Below, piece after piece: positions 27,963-38,400 of a stretch of DNA of 64,000 nucleotides (its first letter is position 1; each line of letters starts with the position of its first letter). The notes beneath the pieces are model-generated. The model saw only the letters and a program-made list of their open reading frames with translations. It was not told where the DNA came from and did no database searches. A program made the translations under genes and the position numbers. This stretch comes from Planctomycetota bacterium (GTDB lineage Bacteria > Planctomycetota > UBA8108 > SXIK01): the NCBI GenBank assembly GCA_965223265.1, contig OZ244999.1, forward strand, positions 1,696,001 to 1,760,000, given 5' to 3'.

Positions 27963-29993
27963 TCACTTAGAGACAGCAGTTTTCGACTCCAAAAGGATCA
28001 TCCGGAACGAGTTCGCTGGAATCGAAAAGATCAGAAACTCGTGGGCGCGCGGGAACACCGCGCCGGTCATCGCATCGGTGATCTCAACCGCGCCAAACTG
28101 GCCGTGCACTCCGCCGCCCAGTCGCGCTGTCACCGGGGCTTCTGACCAATTTGCTAGCACCGTCAGCGCCGCACCGTCGCGACGGCGTTGCCACAGGCCC
28201 GCGACCACGTTCGTTGGACGAACGCTGAACCATGAGGGCAGCTCGTGCGGCCGGAAGTAATCGATAGCTTCCTCGCCGACACCAAATTCCATCCTGGCGC
28301 GGCATGCCGCGATGGCCGGCGTTCCGTCTAACCATCCATGGTAGTTGCAGACCATTTGACCGAACGGCAGAGTGCGCGCAAGCAGCCAATGCGACCAGTC
28401 GCCGTCCTTCCGAACGCCCATCGAAGAGAGAAATGCCGGCGTCGCTCCGGCCTGAACCCCGGTCCCAGTGATTTCCATGAACGTCCGATCGAACACCTGC
28501 AGCAACCGTTCCTTGGGGTAGTTTTTCGCGTCGCGAAAGTGCTCTCCGTCCGAGTAGACGTCGACCCATGCGAGCTGCAAAGGATTGAAGGTCTCAGAGG
28601 TGTGTTCCCAAACGATGCCGTCGGCGCGCCGCGACTTGACGATGGTGTAAATCCTCTTGTGAAGATCTCGCAGCGCGAAAAACGGAAACGTCCGTTTACC
28701 GCCCTTGCCGCACCCGTGCTTGTGATTCTCGCACCAGTAGGGTCCGGGATTGTCGATGTAAATGCCGGCGAAGTCCGTGTGCGACATGACTTGATCGACG
28801 GACCACGCCATGAAGTCAGCGAACGTGCTCGCCGGGCAGCACGCGTCGACACCGATGAAGCCTTTGCCCGTCTTCCACTCGCCGCCCTCTAGCACGACTT
28901 TTGACATCAACCAGTCGACGCGATTCCTTTGACTCACTTGCGACTGAGCGGAGGTTGCCGACGTTGTGATGTAGCAGCACGTGCGGAGGCCGCGATCGTG
29001 GCTTCGCTGTAGTGACTGCGCAAGCTTGCCGAAGTCACGCGGCTGCGGGAAGCTGAAGAGGGGCTGTGCATTGCCGCCGAAGTTAATCGCCGTCAGGTTG
29101 CTCGACGGGAGTGATCCGACGCGGACGTTCCAGCGATCCTTCGGCATTGGTTTCGTCGGTGTCGCCAGGAGTCCAAACTCATACACGATTGGTTGCGTGA
29201 TTTCCGTCGGTTTCGTAATGATGTCGAACGTCAGCGTCAACTCTTTCTCGGATCGCTCAAGACGGATGGCGTCCTGAGCTGACGTCCACCCATCCCAGGT
29301 CTCACTGACGATTGTGAGTCCCACGTCGTGATTGCCGATCCAAACCAGTGGCTTCCACGAGTAGACGAGTGATTCGCCAGGCTGCTTTGGCGACGCCTTG
29401 TAGATATGTTCGGTCCAGCGCATCTCCAAGTGATGGAAGATGGCTGCGCTGGGGGCGAACGCAAAGACCAAACGCAAGCCCTCGACTACCGAATCTTGAG
29501 CTGCGGCGAGCGTTACGTCAGTGCGCAGAAAACCGTCGTATTCGATCGAGCTGCTGGTGGAAACCTTGCTGGATTCTACTGGCGTCGCACTCGCGCTCGA
29601 CTCGATGCGATCATCGCGAACGAGGTGGATTTGAGAGGCGCGAGGTTTCAGAGCGCTCCACACACCGTCTCGCTTGATGCGGAGTTCAATTGGACGCACG
29701 AGGAGCTCCTGCCCCTGACTTCGAATCGCGGTGGGGAAGAGACCGTCGACAGCGTACTCGCGCCCCCAGCAGCCAACGACCTGTTCCCGTAGGGCGAGCG
29801 GCGTGTAAGGCCTCAGCACTTTCGTGGTCACACCTGACTTCGCCGTGCGCCACGGCTCCGACGGGTCGTCCAGGTCGTACGACCGAACGTGTGGAGCGTT
29901 CGCTGCCTTGTCATCGTCGGCGACGGCCAGGCGAACCGCGGCGAGTACAAGGATTGAGTGAAGAATCGCTTTGCTGACAAAGTGGATCTGCAT
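27963..29993 (-). CDS. Secreted putative glycoside hydrolase (DUF6067-like)
   Basis: Signal peptide; EYDG, FGLLATPTKP, GIYID, C-x-N-x2-HGC and DGEH motifs. Start chosen at ATG 29993. Confidence 0.7.
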   Translation of the reverse strand: MQIHFVSKAILHSILVLAAVRLAVADDDKAANAPHVRSYDLDDPSEPWRTAKSGVTTKVLRPYTPLALREQVVGCWGREYAVDGLFPTAIRSQGQELLVRPIELRIKRDGVWSALKPRASQIHLVRDDRIESSASATPVESSKVSTSSSIEYDGFLRTDVTLAAAQDSVVEGLRLVFAFAPSAAIFHHLEMRWTEHIYKASPKQPGESLVYSWKPLVWIGNHDVGLTIVSETWDGWTSAQDAIRLERSEKELTLTFDIITKPTEITQPIVYEFGLLATPTKPMPKDRWNVRVGSLPSSNLTAINFGGNAQPLFSFPQPRDFGKLAQSLQRSHDRGLRTCCYITTSATSAQSQVSQRNRVDWLMSKVVLEGGEWKTGKGFIGVDACCPASTFADFMAWSVDQVMSHTDFAGIYIDNPGPYWCENHKHGCGKGGKRTFPFFALRDLHKRIYTIVKSRRADGIVWEHTSETFNPLQLAWVDVYSDGEHFRDAKNYPKERLLQVFDRTFMEITGTGVQAGATPAFLSSMGVRKDGDWSHWLLARTLPFGQMVCNYHGWLDGTPAIAACRARMEFGVGEEAIDYFRPHELPSWFSVRPTNVVAGLWQRRRDGAALTVLANWSEAPVTARLGGGVHGQFGAVEITDAMTGAVFPRAHEFLIFSIPANSFRMILLESKTAVSK

Positions 29994-30129
29994 GAGTTTT
30001 GAGTACGTGACGGTATTGGGTGTTTTGACTGGGAAGTCCCTGTTGCGCGTCGTGACGAGACGTCGTGGCGGCACGCGACACTATCTCACCTCGAAACCTC
30101 CGTGAAGAGAAGGCTGTTTCGCTCGCCGC

Positions 30130-30807
30130 TTACCGCGGAAATGCGAGATAGACGACGTGACGCGGTCCCTTGTATTTGGGACGATGATACTCAAGGCGAA
30201 AGCCGCACGCTCTGACTCGCTTCTCGAAGGAAGGGACCGCGCCCTCTGACCAGACGGCCAAGCAGCCGGCGTCGCGGAGCGCCTGACTTGCTCGAAGAAG
30301 CGCGGCTCGGCCGAAGACTCGGTCCTCCGTGCCGGCCGGCGGCGGATACGGCCCTTCGTAGAGATCTAGGACGATCGCGTCGTAACGCTCCTCGATGGAA
30401 GCCTTGGCAGCGTCGGCAATCAAATCGCCGACATCGGCGACTTTCAGCTGCACGCGTGGATCCTCGAGAGCATGCCTCGACAGTGGTGCCAGGGGGCCGC
30501 GGTTCCAACGCACGACGATCTCGTTGAGCTCAGCCGCGACGACCTCGGCAGTGTCCGGCAACACATCGAGCGCTGCGCGGAGTGTGTAGCCGATTCCGAG
30601 CCCAGCGGTGAGGACTCGCGGTGCCGGGTGGTGCGCGAGCGGCTGGCACGCCAGCCTCGCTAACGCGATCTCGGAGCGATTCAACCGGCTCGACATGAGT
30701 GGGCGACGCTCGATCGTGATCAGCCACTCGTCGTCGCCAATGCGCACGAGCTCGAGTTTTCCGGCGTCGGTTTCAACGCTGTCGATGATCTTTGTTGGGC
30801 GCGGCAT
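30130..30807 (-). CDS. Spermidine synthase-like / class I SAM-dependent methyltransferase
   Basis: GLGIGYTL, VVAAEL, DAIVLDLYEGP, LAVWS motifs. Confidence 0.85.
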   Translation of the reverse strand: MPRPTKIIDSVETDAGKLELVRIGDDEWLITIERRPLMSSRLNRSEIALARLACQPLAHHPAPRVLTAGLGIGYTLRAALDVLPDTAEVVAAELNEIVVRWNRGPLAPLSRHALEDPRVQLKVADVGDLIADAAKASIEERYDAIVLDLYEGPYPPPAGTEDRVFGRAALLRASQALRDAGCLAVWSEGAVPSFEKRVRACGFRLEYHRPKYKGPRHVVYLAFPR

Positions 30808-30951
30808 GAAATGAGCTCCGGTGAGTCGCGTGAGTCGACTATCATAGCGTCTCGGCTGATTTCTGCATGCGCCAGGTTGACCTTGACGCCCGCATGACGC
30901 AGCCACCTCTGAAAAGTCGAAGCCGGAGAAAGGAGCGACGCGCGATTCTCG

Positions 30952-32370
30952 ATGAGTGAAATCTGTTTCAAAACGGCCACGGATTTAGCGCGATGTATCC
31001 GCGAAAAAGAACTGAGCGCGCGGGAGGTTATGGCGGCGCACCTCGAGCAGATCGAGCGCGTCAATCCGCGAGTCAACGCCATCGTGACGCTGCTGCCCGA
31101 GGCGGCGATGGAGGCCGCGGAAGAGGCCGACCGCTGCCGAAGCCGCGGCGAGGCTCTAGGGCCACTCCATGGCTTGCCGATCGCGCACAAGGACTTAGTG
31201 CCGACACGCGGCGTCCGCACGACGTTCGGCTCCCCGCTGTACAAGGACTTCGTCCCCGAGCGCGACGCGCTCATCGTCGAGCGATTGAAGGCGGCCGGAG
31301 CCATTACGGTCGGCAAGACGAACACCCCGGAGTTCGGAGCCGGGTCGCAAACGTACAATGAGGTGTTTGGAGCCACCCTCAACCCGTATGACCTGTCGAA
31401 GACTTGTGGCGGCTCGAGCGGCGGGGCGGCTGTGGCGGTCGCGTGTGGCATGCTGCCGATCGCGGACGGCAGTGACACGGGCGGGTCGCTTCGCAACCCT
31501 GCGAACTTCTGTAACGTCGTCGGTTTTCGGCCGTCGCCGGGGCGCGTGCCGCACTGGCCGCGGGACGTCGGCTGGTTTCCGATTTCTGTGCAAGGTCCGG
31601 TGGCGCGCACAGTCGAAGACGCGGCGCTCCTACTGAGCGCGATCGCCGGGCCAGATCCCCGTTCGCCGATTTCCATCGAAGCGCCGGGAGAATCCTTTCG
31701 TCGCCCGCTCGAGCGAGATGTGCGTGGAGTTCGCCTGGCGTGGACGAGCGACTTTGGCGACCTGCCCGTGGATCCACGCGTCACGGAAGTGCTCGAGGTT
31801 GCGCGCGGAGTGTTCGAGTCGCTCGGCTGTCGCGTGGCGCCGGCGAGTCCTGATTTTCGTGATGCGGACGAAGCGTTCAAGGTGTGGCGGGCGTGGTTCA
31901 TGGAGCTCCTTCTGGGTGAGCTCGTGGCAAGCCAGCGCGACCGGTTCAAGGACACGATCGTCTGGAACGTTGAGCAGGGTGCTGGGCTCACCGGCCCTGA
32001 GATCGGACGCGCGGAGAAGAAACGTACGGAGCTTTACCATCGCGTGCGCACCTTTCTCGAGACGTACGACTATTTGATCGGTCCGGTGAGTCAGGTGCCG
32101 CCGTTCTCGGTCGACGAGCCGTACGTCCGAGAGATCAACGGCGAGACGATGGAGACTTACATCGATTGGATGAAGTCGTGCTACTACATCTCTGTGACCG
32201 GATTGCCGGCGATTTCGGTGCCGTGCGGCTTCACGGCCGATGGCCTACCGGTCGGGCTGCAGATCGTCGGTCGCCATCACGATGATTTCGGTGTTCTGCA
32301 GCTGGCATACGCGTTCGAGAATGCCACGGCGACGTGGAAGACACGGCCTACGGTCGCCGTCGATGGATAG
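30952..32370 (+). CDS. Amidase (amidase signature family)
   Basis: IAHKD, GKTNTPEFG, GGSSGG, GSDTGGSLRNPA, GLPVGLQIVG. Confidence 0.95.
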   Translation: MSEICFKTATDLARCIREKELSAREVMAAHLEQIERVNPRVNAIVTLLPEAAMEAAEEADRCRSRGEALGPLHGLPIAHKDLVPTRGVRTTFGSPLYKDFVPERDALIVERLKAAGAITVGKTNTPEFGAGSQTYNEVFGATLNPYDLSKTCGGSSGGAAVAVACGMLPIADGSDTGGSLRNPANFCNVVGFRPSPGRVPHWPRDVGWFPISVQGPVARTVEDAALLLSAIAGPDPRSPISIEAPGESFRRPLERDVRGVRLAWTSDFGDLPVDPRVTEVLEVARGVFESLGCRVAPASPDFRDADEAFKVWRAWFMELLLGELVASQRDRFKDTIVWNVEQGAGLTGPEIGRAEKKRTELYHRVRTFLETYDYLIGPVSQVPPFSVDEPYVREINGETMETYIDWMKSCYYISVTGLPAISVPCGFTADGLPVGLQIVGRHHDDFGVLQLAYAFENATATWKTRPTVAVDG

Positions 32371-32455
32371 CGGAAGGCTCCATCGAACGATCGCGCGCGC
32401 GTGTCCCTGCGGCTAGGTTGCGCCTCAAACGGACAACGGAGCCGGGTCTTCATGA

Positions 32456-35400
32456 CTACTCAAACACGATGTAGCCCGCCCGCTCCGTGCCGCGGCGGCG
32501 CTCCAGATCCTGCAACTGATCCTCATCCACCGCGAGGTTGAGATGGGTCGTGGTGACCGGATTGGGGCCGTAGAGGACAGCCCATCCTCCGTTGGTTGAG
32601 CCCATGCCGGCGAGGCTCACGACGGCCGACGATGCGCTGGCTATACCGCCACTAATGGCGTACGCGTACGGTGGGGCGTTGTCGACGCCGCGAATGGAGT
32701 CGTCCCCGACACCGGCAGCAAAGCGTAGCGCTCCGATTTCTCCCGTCCCGGCCTCGATCACAATGTAGCCGATCGTTTCGTTTGCACGCGTCGTCCTCGG
32801 GTCTTCGCCCACATGCTTACCGACGAACAATTCGGAACCGTTCGGCGCTGAATTTCGCGAGTTTCCACGACACCAAAAAACCGAGAAGCTCGCATCGTTG
32901 GCTGTCATGACCTGGCCGACGACGACAGGGTTCGAATACGTGTTCGCATAGCTTCGCTGTTCGCCTTGCCAGGTCGCGTTGTGGTCGGTCGTCGTCGAAA
33001 CAAACTTCACTGCCTCCATCTTGACGCCGTCATCTCCGACCGTGTAAGCACCTTCCTCGATCACGAAGTAGTGGACAGAAATCCCGTTCACCGGAGTTGC
33101 AGCGGCGTCGACGTTGGCGAGCTTTAGCTCGAAAGAGTTTCCAGCCGCCGTGCGCACTCGTGGCAGAATCGCGACTGATGAGGGAGGCGTGACTGGGGTG
33201 CAGACAACCACCATCGACGTGTAGGTGCGGGAGAGCGTTACTGTCGTCCAAGTCTCGGTGCTGATACCGCCGACAACACCAGTCTCGGCTAGGATGCCCT
33301 CAACTGTGAGGATGCCATTCGCCGAGCCGGTGTAGTTGTTGTCGACGACGGTGGCGACAACCGTGTAGGTGCCAGGGTCGACTGGCGCGGTCGTCGAGCC
33401 GTCGTAGGTGACCACGACGGTGAGCCCGCTTGGAGTCGTCGTCGCTGTCACCACGCGCGGAGTGCCGGTGAACGGTTGGACGAGATCGTGCAGCGCCACG
33501 GCTGCAGTCGCCTTTGCGACGTCGAGGGTGCCGGAGGCGCTACCGGTGTAATTGGAGTCAGTGATCGAGACGGAAACCGCGTAGCTACCCGCCGCCGTCG
33601 GCGGTGTGGGAGAGCCGTCGTAGGTGACGGAGACGCTGAGCCCCGTCGGCGACGTGGCGACGGTGACGGGGCGCGGCGAGCCGTCGTAGACTTGGCTCAA
33701 GTTCGCCAGCACAACGCTCGCCGCGGCCGGCTGGACGACAAGGGTACCACTGCTCGAGCCAGTGAAGTCTGGGTCGATGATGGTCGCAACGACGGCGTAG
33801 CTGCCGGTATTGATCGGTGGGGTTGTCGACCCGTCGTAGGTAATCGTCATGAGAAGTCCCGGTGGTGAAGTCGTCGCCGTGACGATGCGCGGCGTCCCGT
33901 CGTAAACCTGCGAAAGCCCGCTCAGGGTGACTGTCGCGCTGCCGCCGTCAATCACGAGCGTGCCGGTGGCGGACCCGATGTAGTTGGCGTCGACTACTTC
34001 AGCGAGGACCGAGTAGGCTCCCGCGGCAGACGGCGCTTGGGTCGATCCGTCGTAGGTCAACGACACGGCGAGTCCTGGTGGTGAAGTCGTCGCCGTGACC
34101 GGCTTCGGCTCACCATCGAACGTTTGGCTGAGATCGGCGAGTGTGACCGTTGCCGTGGCCGGCTCGATCGTCAGCGTTGCGGTCGCGGAGCCTTGGTGGT
34201 CAGGATCGTTGATGGTCGCGACGACCGAATAGACACCGACGTCGGTGGGCGGCAAGGGGCTGCCGTTGTACGTGATGTCGACCGCTAGTCCGGGCGGGCT
34301 GGTGGTCGCGCTCATGCTGACGGGCTGGCCGCTGTAGACGACCGTCAGGTCATCGATTGACACGGTCGCAGACGAACTGGCGTGGAAGAGCGCGCTGTCG
34401 GGAATGAGAGTTTTTGCTATGCCGTCACTCTCGTAGCGCACTTCGAGAACCTGACCTCCGCCGCGCTCGAAGAAAGTAACGGTGATGGCATGGAGTCCAG
34501 CTTGCAGGCCGATCTGTCCTGAGCGCTCGCGGGGCGAATGGACGAGGTCGTTGTCGACGACCAGCTCGTCACCGATGAAGAGCTGGCTGCCATCGTCGGA
34601 TGTTGTGTAGAACGTGTAGTGAGCGGTTTCTGGGACTTCGATGAAGCCCTCAAAGCGAAACAAGAACTCATCGTCTTGAATGCGCGGTGAGAGGCTGAAG
34701 TTACTCCTGAGGCCGACGTCAACTGGCGTCAGGGTGTCGAAGTCGGGAAGCGCGCTGAAAAAGCCCAAGAACTGTTCGTACCTGAGCTGCGGCGCAGTAT
34801 TCGACGGATTCTCTGGGGCGCGGAACTCTTCCGCCGCCGTGACGGTGAGCGTACCGGTCGCCGAGCCGACATAGTTCGGTTCGATGACAGTGGCGACGAC
34901 GGCGTAGCTACCAACGGCAGATGGAGGCTGAGTGGATCCGTCGTAGGTGAGCGAAACAGCGAGTCCGGCGGGCGAAGTCGTCGCTGTGACCGGCTTCGGC
35001 GCACCGTCGAACGATTGGCTGAGATCGGCAAGTGTGACCGTTGCCGTCGCTGGCTCGATCGTCAGCGTCGCTGCTGCGGTGCCCTGGTAGTCAGGATCGT
35101 TGATGGTCGCGACGACCGAATAGACACCGGCGTCGGTCGGCGGCAGGGAGCTGCCGTTGTATGTGATGTCGACCGCTAATCCTGGCGGATCGGTGGTTGC
35201 GCTCATGCTGACGGGCTGGCCGCTGTAGACGACCGTCAGGTCATCGATTGACACGGTCGCAGACGAACTGGCGTGGAAGAGCGCGCTGTCGGGAATGAGA
35301 GTTTTTGCTATGCCGTCACTCTCGTAGCGCACTTCGAGAACCTGACCTCCGCCGCGCTCGAAGAAAGTAACGGTGATGGCATGGAGTCCAGCTTGCAGGC

Positions 35401-38400
35401 CGATTTGGCCTGAGCGCTCGCGGGGCGAATGGACGAGGTCGTTGTCGACGACCAGCTCGTCACCGATGAAGAGCTGGCTGCCATCGTCGGATGTTGTGTA
35501 GAACGTGTAGTGAGCGGTTTCTGGGACCTCGATGAAGCCCTCAAAGCGAAACAAGAATTCATCGTCTTGAATGCGCGGTGAGAGGCTGAAGTTACCCCTG
35601 AGACCGACGTCAACTGGCGTCAGGGTGTCGAAGTCGGGAAGCGCGCTGAAAAAGCCCAGGAACTGTTCGTACCTGAGCTGCGGCGCAGCATTCGACGGAT
35701 TCTCTGGAGCGCGGAACTCTTCCGCCGCCGTGACGGTGAGCGTGCCGGTCGCCGAGCCGGCGTAGTTCGGATCGGTGACCGTGGCGGCGACGGCGTAGGA
35801 TCCGACGTCGATCGGCGCGGTCGTCGAGCCGTCGTAAGTGATCGACACCGCCAGGCCGCTTGGAGCGGTGGTTGCTGTGACCACGCGCGGCGTGCCTGTG
35901 AAAGTCTGAGTGAGATTGTGCAAGGTCACGGTTGCGGTCGCCTGCGCAACGTTGAGCGTGCCTGCAGCGCTGCCTGTGTAGTTGGAATCGGTGATCGCTG
36001 CGGCGACCGCGTAACTGCCAGCAGCAGTAGGGGGTGTCGACGAGCCGTCGTAGGTGACCGATACACTGAGACCGGATGGTGACGTCGATGCAGCGACGAT
36101 CCGGGGAGAGCCGTCGTAGACTTGGTTCAAGTTCGTCAGACTCACGATTGCGGCGGCCGGCTGGACGACGAGCGTGCCGCTCGTCGATCCGATGTATCCG
36201 GCCTCGATGATCGTCGCGACGACAGTATAGCTGCCGGAGTTCGTCGGCGGCGTCGATGAACCGTCATAGGTGATGTCGACAGCGAGTCCAGGCGGGGAGG
36301 TGGTCGCAGTGACGACGCGGGGCGTGCCATCATACACCTGCGACAAACCACTCAGGGTGACCGTCGCGTTGCCGTCTTCGATCACGAGTGTTCCAGACGT
36401 CGATCCGGTGTAGTTGGTCTCTATGACTTCGGCCAGGACCGAGTAGGAGCCGGGGGCTGACGGAACTTGAGATACCCCGTCATAAGTCACGGAAACGACC
36501 AAGTCAGGCGGCGATGTCGTCACGGTGACCGGCTTGGGTGCACCGTCGAACGTTTGAGTGAGGTTTCCGAGTGTGACGGTAGCGAGGGCCTGCTCGATCG
36601 TCAGGATCGCTGTTGCCACGCCGTAGTAGTCGGGATCATTCACTGTCGCGACGACGGAGTAGACTCCTGCGTCGGTCGGCGCGGAAGTGCTTCCGTCGTA
36701 GGTGATGTCGACCGCGAGCCCTGGCGGATCTGTGGTTGCGCTCATGCTGACGGGCTGGCCATCGTAGACCACGGTGAGGTCATCCAGAAACACAGTCGCC
36801 GGAAGATTCGAATGGAACAACGCCGCGTCGGGAACGAGTGTCTTCGCCAGATTCGCGCTTTCGTACAGTACATCGAGTCTTTCGCCCCCGGTGCGCTCGA
36901 AGAACGTGACGGTGATGGAGTGGAGCCCCGCCTCCAGGCCGATCTGTCCTGAGCTCTCACGTGGGGAGTGAAGCAGGTCGTTGTCGACCACAAGCTGGTC
37001 ACCTATGAAGAGCTGGCTGCCGTCGTCGGAGAGCGTGTAAAACGTGTATTCCGCCGTCTCGGGGATGTCGATGAAGCCGCGGAATCGAAACGCGAAAAGA
37101 TCGTCTTGGAGCCTCGGGGCAATCGCAAAGTTGCTCCGAATCCCTACTTCGGCAGGCGTTTCCGCGTCGAAGTCTGGTAGCGCAGTGAACTCTCCCAGGA
37201 ACTGCTCGTATTCGACTCCAGGAGTCGTGTTCGAGGGATTGTCGGGAGCGCGAAAGTTCGTCACTTCAAACGTCGCCGAGGCTGCTGTGCTGTCCGCGAA
37301 TCCCGCTTTCGTTGCGAAGGCGGTGACGGTAGCGCTGGAAGTGAGCGTGAACGCGCCAGTGTAGGGAGTGGACGCGGTCGTCGGCGCCGTTCCATCGAGG
37401 GTGTAAAACATCGATACGCCGGGCTCGGCGTGGGACAGTGAAACGTCGACGAAACTATCAAAGTTTCCACCGGCGGGGATGATGTCCGGCGGCGCGAGCG
37501 GGGGCAGACCGCCGAGGCTGTTGATCCACGCCTCCAACGTTGAGATCCACTCTTGATGAATCGTGTTTTTCGCCAGTGGCGGCATCTTGATCGCGGGATC
37601 GAGACTGTCGTCACGCACGTGGAGAATCGAGCGTGCGACATCTGACGGACGGACGACCGCAGCACCAGAGATGCCGAGATCGTTTCCGACGGGACCGTCG
37701 ATGATACCTTGTTCTGCGAGCGGGGTGTCGTAGCGGGCGTCGAAGAATCCCTGCACTTGACCCGGCCTGTGACAATGTCCGCAGTTGGCATCGAGATAGG
37801 ACCGAACGCGGTCTTCCAGTGTTGCTGCGGTGTCGCCTAGCGATACGACACTGAGATACGTGGGGATGGCAGCCTCGCTCAGTGCAGGATCGAAAAGGCC
37901 AATGTGGTTCCACGATCGCAGCTGATTGTCCGTGACACCGGTCGCGGAGTAGTGGAGATCATTGTTCAACTGGCGTGTGTTGACGCCCAGAACGAAATTG
38001 GCGCTGGCGTTGTGGCATGTTAGGCAATCGGACGCACTAGGATAGGACCATCGGTCAATGCGAGATCCGGACGCAGTCGTAACTGTGATGTCCTCTTCGC
38101 GCCCATCGAGCAGCAGATCAGCCTCGAGTTGATCGGCGCGCCACTTGTACGTTACGCCATAAACTGTTCCGTCGTTCTTCACGACGACAAGGCGCGTCTC
38201 GAGACGGGTGGTGGATCCGGTGACCTCGTCGTCGACGAGTTCGAAGTGTTTGACGAAAACGGTCCCGGCCGGGAAGTCCCACTCGCCGGTCTCTCGGAAC
38301 ACGATCTGTTCGTCCTCGGGAGCCCCAGCTCCAGTGTTCGGGATCGCGACCCAGCGGCTCTTGAGAGCGCGATCGGAATAGAGCGGAGACCCGACGCCGT

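Noticed and set aside
30720-31991. 423-aa antisense ORF (also 8777-9838, 41503-42417 and similar)
   Set aside because: Shadow frames of well-supported genes in high-GC DNA; Ser/Arg/Pro-rich with no motifs.
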